Assembly (NCBI GenBank): GCA_951406725.2 | Contig: OX597822.1 | Span: forward strand, 60,264,001-60,328,000 | Reading direction: 5' to 3' | DNA length: 64,000 nucleotides | From: Octopus vulgaris | Taxonomy: Eukaryota | Shown here: positions 39,205 through 52,773 of the stretch, in pieces | How the letters are laid out: every line of letters starts with the position of its first letter | Numbering within the stretch: position 1 is the first letter of the stretch | Translations under genes and position numbers: made by a program | Notes under the pieces: generated by a model | Told to the model about the DNA's origin: nothing | The model's database searches: none | Seen by the model: only the letters and a program-made list of their open reading frames with translations

Positions 39205-40445
39205 AAAAAAACACTATACATGCAGGTTCAAAGTGCAGCCATCGGTGTCGGTATAGCTGGAGATGTGGCCGGCCTCTTCATGACCTGGTGGGACAGAAAA
39301 CTTAAACGAATGTTAGCAGAACAGTCCACAACTCTTCTACTCTACAGTAGATATGTAGATGACATTAATATCATAGTTAGGACCAACTCTAGTGACGGTA
39401 ATATCGAAACTGAGAAGAACGTAATGGAGAGCATCCAGCAAATAGCTAACTCCATCCACCAAAGTATCACGGTAACTATAGATTACCCCACTAAGCACTC
39501 GAACAATAGGCTCCCTGTACTTGATACTGAACTTTGGTTAGAGACTGTGAACAATAGAGTGCAGCTCCTCCACTCCTATTACATGAAACCCATAACTTCA
39601 AAATATGTTGTTCACAAGAACTCAGCTTTGTCACACATGAAAATTAACATACTGATCGCAGACTTAGTTAGAATAATGAGCGATGTGTCCCCACTATGCG
39701 AACCCTATGAAACGAACGAAGATATACAGAACTTCATACACCGCATGCAGTTCTCTGGATATGATCAGAAATATAGGGTTCGAGTATACAAGGGAGCTAG
39801 AAAGAAATTAGACAACATTATACGTAATAATACCAGTGGTACCTGTCTTAGATATAGAAACAAAGAATGGAATAGGATACAAAGAACTTATGACAAAGCA
39901 AATAGGGCAAACACGTGGTATAAAACCGACAAATATCAAGGAGTGATGTTTGTAGAGGCCACAGCCCATGGTGAACTAGCCCGTAGATTTAGAAAAGCTC
40001 TGAAGGAGACCAAACTCAACATTAAGATTGTTGAAAAGCCATGGAACTCCGTCAGATCACAACTATGTAGGACGTACCCCTTTGAAAATACCATATGTAC
40101 CGATGATAACTGTATGGTATGCAGGATTAGCCCAGGCATTAACTGTAGAACTCGAAATGTAGTTTACAGCATGAGATGCATAGAAGGTGCTTGTAAAGAC
40201 ATGAACTTGACGTACACAGGGGAGACATCTAGGAGCATTGCGGAACGACTAAATGAACATCTGAGACAATATGACGACAAAAAAACAGTCCTCCATACTC
40301 TACCAGTATGGCAAAGATCACCATGGAGGCAACTTGAGTCAACTTGATATCTGCTCTTATCCAAGCACCCAAAAGATCCAACACTCGACAAATACGGGAG
40401 TACGTCCTTATAAATGAAGCTTTCCCAATACTAAATAGGAAATAT
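39205..40445 (+). mobile_element. Penelope-like retroelement, 5'-truncated: RT C-terminal half, Cys linker and GIY-YIG endonuclease (ORF 39220-40347, frameshift near 40285)
   Basis: YSRYVDDI, LPVLDTELW, YYMKP, CTDDNCMVC, NVVYSMRC...YTGETSRSIAERLNEH; continues in shifted frames as SSILYQY...RQIREYVLI...PILNRK. Confidence 0.93.
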
Positions 40446-40682
40446 ATATAGTAGATATCACACACCCATACCCACAGTTTACAATGGTAGAGTGGAATAG
40501 TGGGCTGTTATGTAGATAGATGTATGTATGTGTATGTGTGGGGAGGTGTATATGTGTATATACACATGTATGTAAGCATATGGATATGAAAATAAACAGA
40601 TCAACATACAGACGGATAGGTACATAGGTTATATGAACAGACAAGCACACATGCGCAAATGGAGACTGAAGCACATGACTAT

Positions 40683-40718
<36 letters not shown>

Positions 40719-41806
40719 GCATGCACACACAATGAGACAGAGGTGCATACATACACAAATACACGCTCACACACTTGATCAGTTCTCGTTTTAGACACTG
40801 TCGTGGAGTGTGTTTAATTTTTTCACTGAATACCACCGCGAATTCCCTCTTGTTTTTCAAAAATCGCCCCCTAAATCACAAAATAAGATGAGGGATCTGC
40901 CCTATTTTCCAAATTCTGGCAGCAACACTGAAGCTGGAAGCAGAATAATAATCTAATTCTACACTTTATCACATTCAAGAATATAAACATGTTTTTAAGC
41001 ACAACACACGTGGAGTCAAAAAGAAATATTACTTTTCACCGGCACTGCGTGAACGACAGTGCTCTCTCTCCCTAGCTTGAAGCCTCCTATCTGGGGCATG
41101 TGAGCATGCGCACAACAGTCAAAAACCGCGTCTCTGGAACTGTGAAACGCACAGCTCTATACAAGGATTTTTGTATTTTTTCATAAACTACGGGATGGCT
41201 AACAAGTATAAAGAAAGAATTAAAGAAAAAAAATTCATTATATTGAATGTTATCGATAATATCGAGTGAAAATAGGGGGTGCTGCATTTCCGCAGTGTCT
41301 ATAAACGAGCTGCCACTGAAAGGGACATAGCTAACTACTGCAAGGCACTTCGTTCGACGTACTTGCAGTTCTGCTTTACACCATTCTAAAAGCAAAATCC
41401 CGTTAGCTAAATATTCTCTGTAAACAGCAGGATTTAAATGAGAATAAATTCGAAAAAAGCAAAAGCGATATTGTTCCAGCAATTAAAATTACGAGGTATG
41501 ATTATTACTCATAAAATGAATCATTATTAATGATAATTATGGGTTTCTATGGTGTTAATGAAATAAAAATAAGTCATAGAGAAGGCCGACAGCAAAAATA
41601 AACAGATAAGAGCACTCTTCCACATCCCATTTTATTAAAGAATATATATTAGTAATGGTATGTAGCGTTAATTGACACTCCTATATAGAGACGTTGTGTT
41701 GGTGCGGTTACTTTTGACACTGGCATATACTTAGGAATGGTGGATTAGAGTGACCGTCCATGTTGATATCCAGAAATAATGAAGAAAAACTTTTATTGAT
41801 CTAAAC

Positions 41807-42397
41807 CAGTGGTTCTCAACCGGGGTTCATATAGCCCCTCTTCATATAGAATTTTGAGGACCCACGCAACAAAGTAGTAAATTGGGAATCCACAATAGTA
41901 TTTTAAGGGCCCATGAAAAGGATGCGAGTGGTTTAGTGGTTAGGGTGTCAGCATCATGATCGTAAGATTGTGGTTTCGATTCCTGGACCGAGCGACGCGT
42001 TGTGTTCTTGAGCGAAACACTTCATTTCACGTTGCCCCAGTTCACTCAGCTGGCAAAAATGAGAAACGCTGTGATGGACTGGCATCCCGTCCAGCTGGGG
42101 AACACATACGCCATTGAAACCGGGAAACCGGGCCCGTGAGCCTGGCTAGGCTTTAAAAGGGCGCATTTATTTTTTATTTTTTATATATATTGGTATATAT
42201 TGCACGAAACAGCTAGGTTTCTTTCTTTAACATTTTACATACTTTAAACTACACAAGTTAAAGTGCGAAAAACAAAATAGGAGTTTTAAAAGAAGCTTCT
42301 ACAAAACTAATTATTAAACATCGAATGGTTATGGGATCCACCAGAATAAAATAGCAATCAAAGTGGTCCATGGATGAAAAGTGGTTGAAAACCCTTG
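41807..42397. mobile_element. hAT (Charlie-like) MITE with 8-bp TSD, interrupted by a SINE
   Basis: TIRs CAGTGGTTCTCAACC and GGTTGAAAACCCTTG; flanks ATCTAAAC and ATCTAAGC. Confidence 0.85.
41920..42180 (+). mobile_element. SINE family D (tRNA-derived head, CORE/V-like body)
   Basis: A box GTGGTTTAGTGG, B box GGTTTCGATTCC, TTGTGTTCTTGAGCGAAACACTT, GATGGACTGGCATCCCGTCCAG, (TTTTA)n tail. Confidence 0.78.
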
Positions 42398-44014
42398 ATC
42401 TAAGCAAGTAGTTACAGCTGGCCTAATCTTTAAAGTGTCGATCTACTGGGAGAAGAGTTGAAGTTTCGTATTGTAATGTCCTTTGATCTTTTATATCTCG
42501 AGTGCATTGAACATGGTTTTCAATCAGAGTTTGCATTCTGGGCCTTATGATATTAATACCTAGAGTGACGGGAACCTGATGGCTTAGGATGTCAGCGTAG
42601 CGATGCAAGAATATACTAGCGCTACACAGACCTAATATGGCAAACTCTCTGTGACAACGATTCCATCATGCTATATGCATGTACTGTGAAAGATACAACT
42701 AAATACCGTTCTAGTTACTTCATAATTGTGAAGTGTTTTTGTTATTGTACAATATTCAGTTAAATGATTCGGTTAGTTTAGCTTTGGGACGGATGGGTTT
42801 ACACAACGTTGACACGTTTTAGTTTCCCTTGAAAAGTTGTTAGCGGTGTCTCTTCGAGCAAAGTGGGTTATGGATCTTGTAACTGTAATCTTTATAGTCT
42901 ATAACTTACCCCATTTCAGCTATAATACTTCACGAGTCTTACAATTATGAACATAACAAGTTATAGGTCTCCCCACCATGTAGTGTTCATTAAATGTAAA
43001 ACAGATTTCAACTAACTGAAGAAATATATCATATATCGCAGCCTCTCTACTTTTCCTTTTCTTAGAAACTATACTAGCAAACCATTTCCCATTCAAAATT
43101 TTAAAAGTCTCTTGCTCAAGGAATAATTTCACATGTTGATGCTTACAGTAGAATATAATTAGGTGTCAGTTCGTGATCCTTGAACATACAAACAACTAAT
43201 CTGCTAACTTTTGCGTCAGTGATAGACTTGTTTATATAAACTAACTTCTATGCCGGAAATATTATTCAATGGCAAAACGATTGGCACGACAATGAATTAG
43301 ATGAGTATTTTCTGACGGTCTTCTTATGAAGACTTTCCATTATTCTGATACAACCTATTGAGATGGCAGTCATTAGAAAACAATGTATTACTATGTTTAT
43401 CCTCAATAACAGGAATCATAAGCGTCGATTATTTCCTGGTAGTTATATTATGTCAATTGGTAAACAATTTCGTATATTGTCTATTATAAAATCTTTAGTT
43501 TGTAATAAGATTCGTATCTAATATTATCAGTTATATCTCCACTGTAAGTGGTATCTGCTGGTGACTGATATTTTCCCATAAAATGAAAATTGTTCAGACG
43601 TTCCTTCGAGTTTCCCTCTCAAACAACTGGTGACCTCTTAACTTTTACGCTATAACCAAACAGTCACAGAAAGCACATGGAAACCAGGGCAGCTATTCTA
43701 GTTAAATTAATGTCACTGCACTTACATAGTGTCAAATTCCAAAGACATATTCAAACATGCATCAATCTGTTACTAAATGGTATTTTATATTTACCCTCCC
43801 AATCCACCCTTATTTATCTGGTATAGGTTCAGAGGTAACTATTTCGATAGGGTGTTAGAAATCTCTATAGAATCACTAGAGTCATCATGTTCTATCTATT
43901 TGTCTACAATGCTATACCTTGTAGGATTACTGTGTTTTATCTATAAGATCGATATATAATATCAATGAGATCATTATGTTTTATTTATAGGGGGCTTCAT
44001 GTTGTATCGTTTAA

Positions 44015-44750
44015 TTTTATCTTTTACTTGTTTCAGTCATTGTTCTGCGGCCACGCTGAAGCACCGCCTTGAAGGGTTTTAGTCAAACAGTTCGAACTAA
44101 GTACTCATTTTTTAAAGCCAGATATTTATTCTATAGGTCTCTTGTCTGAACCGCTAAGTTAAGGAGACGTAAACAAACCAGTACCAGTTATCAAGCAATG
44201 TGGGGTGGTACAAAGACATACAACTACACAAACACACACACACGCACACACACACACACACAACATACACATAAACTCATACATACATACATACATACAT
44301 ACATACATACATACATACATACATACATACATACATACATACATACTTATTCATACATATGCATACGACAGTCTTCTTTCAGTTTCTAATTTCTTTACTG
44401 CCCACAAGGGGCTACACACAGAGGGGACAAACAAGGACAGACAAATGGATTAAGTCGATTATATCGACCCCAGTGCGTAACTGGTACTTAATTTATCGAC
44501 CCCGAAAGGATGAAAGGCAAAGTCGACCTCGGCGGAATTTGAACTCAGAGCGTAACGGCAGACAAAATACCACTAAGCACTTTGCCCGGCGTGCTAACGT
44601 TTCTGCCAGCTAGCCGTCTTCTTTCAGTTTCTGTCAACCAAATACACTCACAAAGTATTGTTCGGTCTGAGGTTATAGTAGAAGACACTTGCCATGCAAT
44701 GGAACTGAACCCGAAATCACGTGGTTACAAAGCGAGCTTCTTAACTACAC
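44015..44750 (-). mobile_element. Family A SINE interrupted by a full family B SINE (about 44386-44615)
   Basis: GTCTTCTTTCAGTTTCT is duplicated on both sides of the family B copy (about 44371 and 44616). Confidence 0.85.
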
Positions 44751-45424
44751 TATCATACGTGTTTATAGGACCTCTATGTTATATCGATTGGACTACAGTG
44801 TTTTATTCATAAGGTTACTATATGAAATCTATAGAATCATTGCATTTCCTCTATAGGATGCGCTGTGTTTTGTCCATTGAAACACTGCTTTTTTTTTATT
44901 GAGTTACCATCTTTTACCTAAAGGTCCACTGTTTTATCTGTAGTATCACTGTTTTTTTTTTCTTTTCTGTAGAGTCATTGTTTCTTCAACAACGTGACTT
45001 TGTTATTATAGACTCACTGTGTTTTCCTCATAGGGTCGCTGTGTTATATCGACAGAATCTTTGTGTCTCCTCTATAATGGAAACCGTGCTTTATCAAAAG
45101 TGTCTATCCATTCCACTACAGTCATTGTTTTCCATGTATGGAGTCACTGTCTCTTCTTTTGAGTCACTGTACTTTCTGTTTTGAGTCTCTGTGTTTCGCT
45201 TAATTATTATTGATAAACCAAGAATTTGTATTTAGTTACGTTCTTCGCATAGAGTTTAAATTTGATTCGATCTTCACTTTTGTTTGTCATTCTGGTTAGA
45301 AAGTTAGAAATCTAATATATTTGACTATGAATTTCAATATATATTGTTTACCGTATTAACATGTACTAGATTCAGTATTAGGATGTTCAACATAATTTGC
45401 TTTTTAATAATATTTATATAGAAT

Positions 45425-45925
45425 AAGGCGGCGAAGTGGCAGAATCGTTAGCACGCCGGGTAAACTGCTGAGCGGCAGCATTTCGTCTGTCTTTACGTTC
45501 TGAGTTCAAATTCCGCTGAGGTCGACTTTACCTTTTATCCTCTCGGGAGTACTGGAATCGATGTAACTGACTTACCCCCGCCCCGAAATTGCTGGCCTGG
45601 TGCCAAAATTTGAAACCAATAATACTTTAAAGATTATTTAGATCTAACAAGTGTCAAGGAACGGGACACCAGTAATGGTGAGCCTCTCCCTTTCTGCCTA
45701 ACGCATTAAACGGTGGTGGTTTCAAATTTTGGCACAAGGCCAGCAATTTTAGGGAAGTAGGTAAGTCGATTACATCGGCCACACTGCAGAACTTGTACTT
45801 ACTTTATCGACCCCGAGATGATGAAAGGCAAAATTGACTTCGGCGGAACTTGAACTTAGAACGTAATGACGGACGAAATGCTGCTAAGCATATTGACTGG
45901 CTTGCTAACGATTCTGCCAGCTCCC
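45425..45925. mobile_element. Two family B SINEs tail-to-tail (45425-45622 +, 45718-45925 -)
   Basis: Both have head, Meta-like body and GGCC(T)TGTGCCAAAATTTGAAACCA-type tail, in opposite orientations. Confidence 0.85.
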
Positions 45926-45989
45926 CACGTGATGATGATGTTGATGATGATGATGATGATGTAGAAGGCCTGGTTTAGTGGTAGTAGTA

Positions 45990-46385
45990 GAGAAAGAGAA
46001 CAGAGAGTGCTAGGTAACTGACTTTGTAGTCCCAAATGATGAGAAAGTCAATCTGAGAGATATAGAGAAAATAACAAAGCACCAGAACCTAGCCTTTGAG
46101 TTACTGGGGCTACGGATAGTACAGGTAAAATGTATCCCTGTAGTTATAGGTGCATTAGGAACTATTCCTAATGATTTGAACAGATGGCTAGAGGAAATAG
46201 GCATGAAACCTAGTTTGGTGCTGCTCCCGAAAACACTATTATTAGAGACAACTAGGGTAGTTCGGAAGGTTCTTGGCCGCTAAGGTTATCTATTGTAGCC
46301 CGATGTTAGGAATTTTTCCCAACAGTCTAATCTGTTTTGCGTAAATCAAATAAGAACAACAAAAACGACAGCAACAACAACAACT
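45990..46385 (+). mobile_element. 3' end of an R4/Dong-like non-LTR element (restriction-like endonuclease domain) ending in an (AAC)n-like tract
   Basis: Plus-strand frame absent from the ORF track: VTDFVVPNDEKVNLRDIEKITKHQNLAFEL...IPVVIGALGTIP...LLETTRVVRKVLGR*. Confidence 0.8.
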
Positions 46386-46789
46386 TAATTTATTGTTTCG
46401 TTTTCTCGATATATATTGTAAATATTGCTTCTCGCGTACTATCTCTAAATACAACTATCAAAGCAAATACTAAATTACCACTAGATAAACTACTAAATCA
46501 GTCACTGAATTATTATTTTTTTTTTTTGCCAACCAACTACTGGAAGAAAGGACCAGAAACAGCCTCTGAATTGACCGCATATTCAGTTTCATTACTTTAT
46601 CATAGTTATTTATTGTCATAAATAATTGCCTAGCCCATTGGATCATTATTTTATAAAATAGTATTTGAGTTAATCATCAAGAGTTAAGACGTCTTTTAAA
46701 AGCTTAGTCAGGAGAGGAAAGGCAAGGCCCATGACTGCTCTCAGGACCTCTGGGAGTGGCGGAAGGAAGTTGTCCCCAAACCAGTAGAC

Positions 46790-47010
46790 ATGATCAGAAT
46801 ACCAACAACAGAGTGTAATTTCTACTCACCTCCTCTGGAAGCCATCTACTCGCAATGCCAGAGGGCGCACACTCTTCTACCCTGATGTAATCTCCAGTGA
46901 TACAGGCATCCAGCAACAGGACCTCCATAATGCCATGATGGACCGTGAAGTCTGGCGTAGCATGGTAAATTCTATTGTCTCGACCACGGTCGAACAATGA
47001 TGATGATGAT
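46790..47010 (+). mobile_element. RTE-like LINE 3' end with (TGA)n tail
   Basis: LLWKPSTRNARGRTLFYPDVISSDTG...AMMDREVWRSMV then TGATGATGAT. Confidence 0.75.
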
Positions 47011-47091
47011 GTTCTCTGTCTAAAAAACACTCAAGATCCAACTAGGAGTAGGGTTAAAATACAAAAATATTATCAAGTTAGTGTTCACATA

Positions 47092-47460
47092 CGAGGATCG
47101 ACTGAAAAGTTCATAGGCTGACAAAGAAACTCTCACTGAATGTGACTAAACGGTGTTTGTTTTTCAACATAGACCCCATTGCGATCCACATACTTCTTCT
47201 ATCGGTGCTGTATTGCTTGAATCCCATTGGTGACGAATCATTCATCCTGTTGGTCAAAAATTCATCAACAGTAGATATGACGTTATCATCACTGCAATAC
47301 TTGTTATCAGTGTTATTTCATGTTGAGGAACAGATGGTAGTCAGTCAGATGAGGTCAAATCAGGGGAATAGGGAGGAGGGTTGATCAATTCAAAGACACG
47401 ATCATGTACGGTAGCCATGGAAACCAAGAACTTGTTTGCTGGTGTATTGTCCTGAAGAAA
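47092..47460 (-). mobile_element. Mariner 3'-end remnant with TIR related to 12160-12898; another remnant at 49579-49865
   Basis: TA-CGAGGATCGACTGAAAAGTTCATAGGC; minus strand YSPDLTSSDYHLF and KYVDRNGVYVE. Confidence 0.8.
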
Positions 47461-47737
47461 CAATTAATGCAAGAAGGATTTTAAAAAGCAAACCAGAAGA
47501 ATTATACGGCGAGGAGAAAAGAGTTAGTAGTCAATGATAAATTTTATTTTAAGTTTTATTAGCAAGCAGGGGAGATAATCTTGAACATAGTTGCGTATTA
47601 TTTTGACTTCATCAGCAAAACATAACCTTCACGGTACTTACAAAAGTAATGATGAAAACAATCTCTATATAATTATACATGACAGTACGTTGGTTTGCAT
47701 AGGATAATAGAATTGCTTACATATTATTGCTCTGCTT

Positions 47738-47768
<31 letters not shown>

Positions 47769-48119
47769 ATATATCTGTGTGTATATATATATAAATATAT
47801 ATGTGTGTGTATGCGTGCGTGCATGCGCGCGTATTTTAGCACTTTACAACAGGTTTCAATAGCACGCAAAGTATTCTCTAGGATCCTTTTCAACTCGCTC
47901 ATTACTTATATATAACATAAAAACTAATACCAATGACAGCGTGGTTCCTTTCTAAACTGTAACACAAGTGACATCGTCTTCTCCCCACGACCCTTCCAGC
48001 AGATATGCATAAAAACAAACAGGTCTGCCGAATTTGTTGACATTAATATGTGTAGATCCAACCAATAACAACTATTGACAAACATGGCTGACTTGAGAAA
48101 TTCAAAATCGTACACTGTA

Positions 48120-48520
48120 CACTGGATATATTACAAGGCTCAATATGCAGGAGACATATATGACGCATTTACTGCAACATGCGATGTTAAATAGGGTTGT
48201 ATTGCCACTTATACTATTCATCATCTTTCTCACTGGAAGGCTGGTAAAGATCTTCCACGATTTTGACGACGCAGATCACATATAAGCCAGTCAAAATGTA
48301 GAACTGTAGACATCTCTAACGTTACTCATATCAGGGCAAAAACCGAGAACTACTCAGTTCCCTTATATGTAAAATTCTGTTAGTAGATAGCGCATTAATG
48401 ACTCACACACCATCTCTCATACAGGGGATTGCGGATGGGCTCTGCATTGCATAGGAAATAAATTGATCCCAAGATAAACATTTAAAAGGCGGAGATACAT
48501 TTAAAAGACGGCGGGTGTCA
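48120..48520 (+). mobile_element. Highly decayed RTE-like RT fragment
   Basis: Remnant DAFTATCDVK*GCI..ILFII resembles the G-V-K-Q-G-C...P.LF RT motif. Confidence 0.45.
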
Positions 48521-48853
48521 GCTCTATGACAACACACAAAAAACATATCAGCGATTATAGCATTAATCTGAAAGCTCGAGCATGATTGTCAAATACGAAA
48601 TTCTACCTGTCGGAAAAAAAAACCTCCAACGTTGCAAGGAGCATGTCTCTCGAATGTCACCCGAAGAAAGTCATAAATATGTCCCATATTCAAAACTAAC
48701 TGAAAAGCAATGAGAACATGACCTACGCGAATTGTTATCTTAAAACACCTCAAAGGAGAAATCTAAACAAAATCGAGATGTACCCAAACTTAATGCCATG
48801 GATATTCCTAGACTATTGATGTGAGAGCTGGAGTGTGACTGTTAAATAACTAA

Positions 48854-48898
<45 letters not shown>

Positions 48899-48924
48899 GT
48901 ATATATATATATACATATATATAT

Positions 48925-49110
48925 TGGGAGAATTCAAAAAAAAAAACCCAAAAAAATCGAAGACAGGTGGTGTAGACAACAAAGAGATGTATTGGTATAA
49001 CGCTCGGGAAGTGAAAAGTCTTTAACGTTTCGAGCCTACGATCTTCCACAGAAAGGAACACAGAAAGAAACAAGGAGAGAAAATATAAAAAATGTGTAGT
49101 GGCTAGCGAT
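48925..49110 (-). mobile_element. (TA)n-embedded Penelope-like terminal fragment with a degenerate hammerhead (49020-49055)
   Basis: Minus strand CTTT-CTGTGGA-A-GATC-GTAG-GCTC-GAAA-CGTT-AAAG followed by TTCCCGAGCGT, as in the 36016 element. Confidence 0.55.
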
Positions 49111-49117
49111 ATATATA

Positions 49118-49150
<33 letters not shown>

Positions 49151-49184
49151 ATATATGTGAGTGTGTATGTATGTATATATATAT

Positions 49185-49264
<80 letters not shown>

Positions 49265-49534
49265 ATATATATTATATATACATACACACACATATACACA
49301 CATACATATACACACACGCAAATACGCTCACACCCATACACACACATAAACACACACACACACATATATAAGAGAAAGATGGAATTGTTTGGTATCATAT
49401 TTATTCCATGGTTTACAGCTGTTTCAATAATGTATAGGCGACAAGTTACATACGTTTGAAAATATAGAAGAGAGTAATGATACTTCATAACGATTATATA
49501 ATATGAGACCCATAGTCATCTGGTCATAATATTT

Positions 49535-49582
<48 letters not shown>

Positions 49583-50239
49583 AGCGGATGCTGAAAAGTT
49601 CCTGGCTTTGGGTAAAAGAAAATGCAGGAGAATCAGTTAATCATGATTTTATCCAACATATTCCCCTCTCAGATTTACGCACTTATTGCAACAGTCGTTC
49701 TGTTTTTCGAAGCCCTGTAAAAGAACTCGAATGGTTGTGCCTTCAACCAGGTCTTTTGCGTCAGCCTTAAGGCCAGGATCCCCTTAAGTTTTGCTAAGCC
49801 TTATAAAGGAGCTCGAACGGTTGGGCCTCCAACCATGTCTTTCGCGATACCCTTAAAGGTAGGAGCTTGTGGTAGCAAAACTCTTATTGATTTTTTGGGA
49901 CGAATCAATCGTGATTGTTTTAAAAAGGGTAGAACCTCAATGCTAATATGTATTCAACAATGGACAACAGTCGAAATATCATAATGGACGGGTAAATAAG
50001 CATTCTTAATGTGAAACAACGCATTGGCAGGTAAACAAAGGTATTAACAAATAGAAGAAAGGAAATCGAAGATCACCTTTCAAGTAACTTAGAATGGGTA
50101 AAGGTAAGCTTGCCAAAGTTTAATGCAGCTTAAATATGGAGATTAAGATTGTTTGGTATTGGATATCCATCGCGTACAGTGTTCCTAGTCAATTTAATCA
50201 CAGTCAAATATATTCTCTAATGCCAATATATACGACGAT

Positions 50240-50735
50240 ACAGAATTTAAAAAGTATGAAAGACCCTACATACAAAAAAAAACTATGTCCATACTACGAA
50301 TTTGGAAAATCTTTTAAATTAACATAAACATTTATTTACATGAAGAAAATTACCGGATACATAACACGTGTTTTGCTAAAACTAACAGCTAAATAAGTTT
50401 TTTAAATTAACATAAACATTTATTTATATGAAAACAAAATGACAGCCCCCAATTCCTGTTTTCTGACTGGGTCACCTCGCAGGTAGACAGTCGAAGTAAA
50501 TAAATAGACAAAATCCTTTCACTTTTATAAAAAGATAAAAAAAGTATGGAAGATCCTACATACATAAAACTATGCCCATTTACGTCCATTTACGCGGGAG
50601 TTCTAGGCAAAATGTTATAGCGCATGGCCATCCTTGGGACATAAGTAATGTGCATGTAAAATTTGGAGAAAATCGGTTGAGAATTGTGGAAATGTATGCC
50701 TTAGTTATTATACACACGCATACTGCGATTTATAA

Positions 50736-50740
<5 letters not shown>
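50240..50740 (-). mobile_element. Helitron/DINE-like non-autonomous element with short internal duplications
   Basis: AAATTTGG..AATCGGTTGAG..TTTATAAATATA end (reverse of the 1577-type 5' end); internal repeats at 50253/50542 and 50312/50401. Confidence 0.45.
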
Positions 50741-50787
<47 letters not shown>

Positions 50788-50865
50788 ATGCATGCATGTA
50801 TGTATGTATGTATGTATGTATGTATGTATGTATGAGCGTGCGTGTGTGTGTTGTGTGTGTGTGTG

Positions 50866-50922
<57 letters not shown>

Positions 50923-51201
50923 GACAGAGAGAGAAAGAGGTGTGCTAACGTGTATGTGTAGACATTTCGTTTTCTGTGTATTGCATCTTGCTGATAATTG
51001 TGCCTTTGAATTAGAACAGAAAAACAATATTTACACAATTTCTATAATATAAGTGGTAACTGTTGTACAGCACCATAAGTGCACACAAAACTTTTACTCA
51101 GCTTCCCACGCACCTATTTAGTGCTCATGCAATGATGCGTATGATGCCGTAGCCTCTAAAATAATTAAATGTACACCGTTTTGAATCTGCTAATTTGGAA
51201 G

Positions 51202-51459
51202 AATAAGAAAGTATTGCGAAATATATATAAGCATTAGATATTAGTTTAGACTTTATATGGGAGTCATTCGAACACTTGAACACATTGCCTGCATTTATAT
51301 CTTTATAACATTATTTTTGTGGTTTAAAATAATAAGAAAGTATTGCGAAATATATATAAGCATTAGATATTAGTTTAGACTTTATATGGGAGTCATTCGA
51401 ACACTTGAACACATTGCCTGCATTTATATCTTTATAACATTATTTTTGTGGTTTAAAAT
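51202..51459. repeat. Two-copy tandem duplication, 129-bp unit
   Basis: 51202-51330 and 51331-51459 read identically. Confidence 0.92.
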
Positions 51460-52156
51460 AACACTTTTGTTCAGATTAAATGTAGCATCCAATCTCTTTA
51501 ACCGTGAATACATAAATATACACATACACGCAGCACACACACACACACACACACACAAATACACACAAGCATGCATACATAATACATACATATAGATAGA
51601 CGTAGTTTTATAATTATAATTCCAAGATATGTCGATAGTATTCCTTGGTAATTAACTGACTCCAACAAAAGGTGGAATGTGTTGGAGAATGGTCTGAAAG
51701 CATTTCCATACAACCAACCTCTTTCTTCTGACTTGTTATCTCTACCGGTTCTTCTCTCTCTCTCTGGTAGAGGGAGGTTGCACAGTAATAAGTATATATT
51801 TATGTGAATGAATGCTGACATGGATCTGCTTAACCACACGCTCATCCCGCCTGCGCTAGAGTAACTGTGTATATGTTGTATATGTGTGTGTTTGCGATTA
51901 GAACCAACATATACTCCGGTCTTCTCGGCTAAAATGCGATTATCAGCCGAGTGCTGGTGTAGTATTTTCTTCCTCCACTTGCTACGTCCTTGATCATCTG
52001 CTGTGTAGACCGATGGCAGAGTCGAGAGGGTGTCTCTGCCGGCTCACGACTTCATAGGCAGCCAAAGCTATTAGCAAGAATAATGCACGTGCTACCAGGT
52101 CATAGTCGTTAGCGAATTTCGGCGCACATGCATACGTACGTACATACATACATACA

Positions 52157-52185
<29 letters not shown>

Positions 52186-52187
<2 letters not shown>

Positions 52188-52410
52188 TTCACTACTACCC
52201 ACAAGGGGCTAAACACAGAGGGGACGAACAAGGAAAGACAAACGGATTAAGTCGATAATATCGAACCCAGGGCGTAACTGGTACTTATTTAATCGACCCC
52301 GAAAGGATGAAAGGCAAAGTCGACTTCGGCGGAATTTGAACTCGGAACGTAACGGCAGACGAAATACTACTAGGCAGTTCGCCTTGCGTACTAACGATTC
52401 CTCCAGCTCG
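52186..52410 (-). mobile_element. SINE family B
   Basis: CCCACAAGGGGCTAAACACAGAGG tail and CCGAAAGGATGAAAGGCAAAGTCGAC body. Confidence 0.88.
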
Positions 52411-52742
52411 TACATACCATACTGCTTAAATACCAGTCTTGGAACTGTAAAAAATCACTGGAACTGTAAAAATTTGTAAAACTTTCCAGAAGTTTATCAT
52501 TTAAATATATATGAGCATGTATAGATATGCAACTATATGTATGAGAATGCATACATAAAACACACAGATCTGCACATACATACATACATACATACATACA
52601 TACATACATACATACATACATACATACACACATACATACATAACCTGTTGTTGATGTTGACATTCCAATGAAGGAAACTTGGATTTAGGTTAGAAACCGG
52701 TTCTTTCTCTATTGGCAAGACATCTTGAAATAAACTGAATAA

Positions 52743-52773
<31 letters not shown>

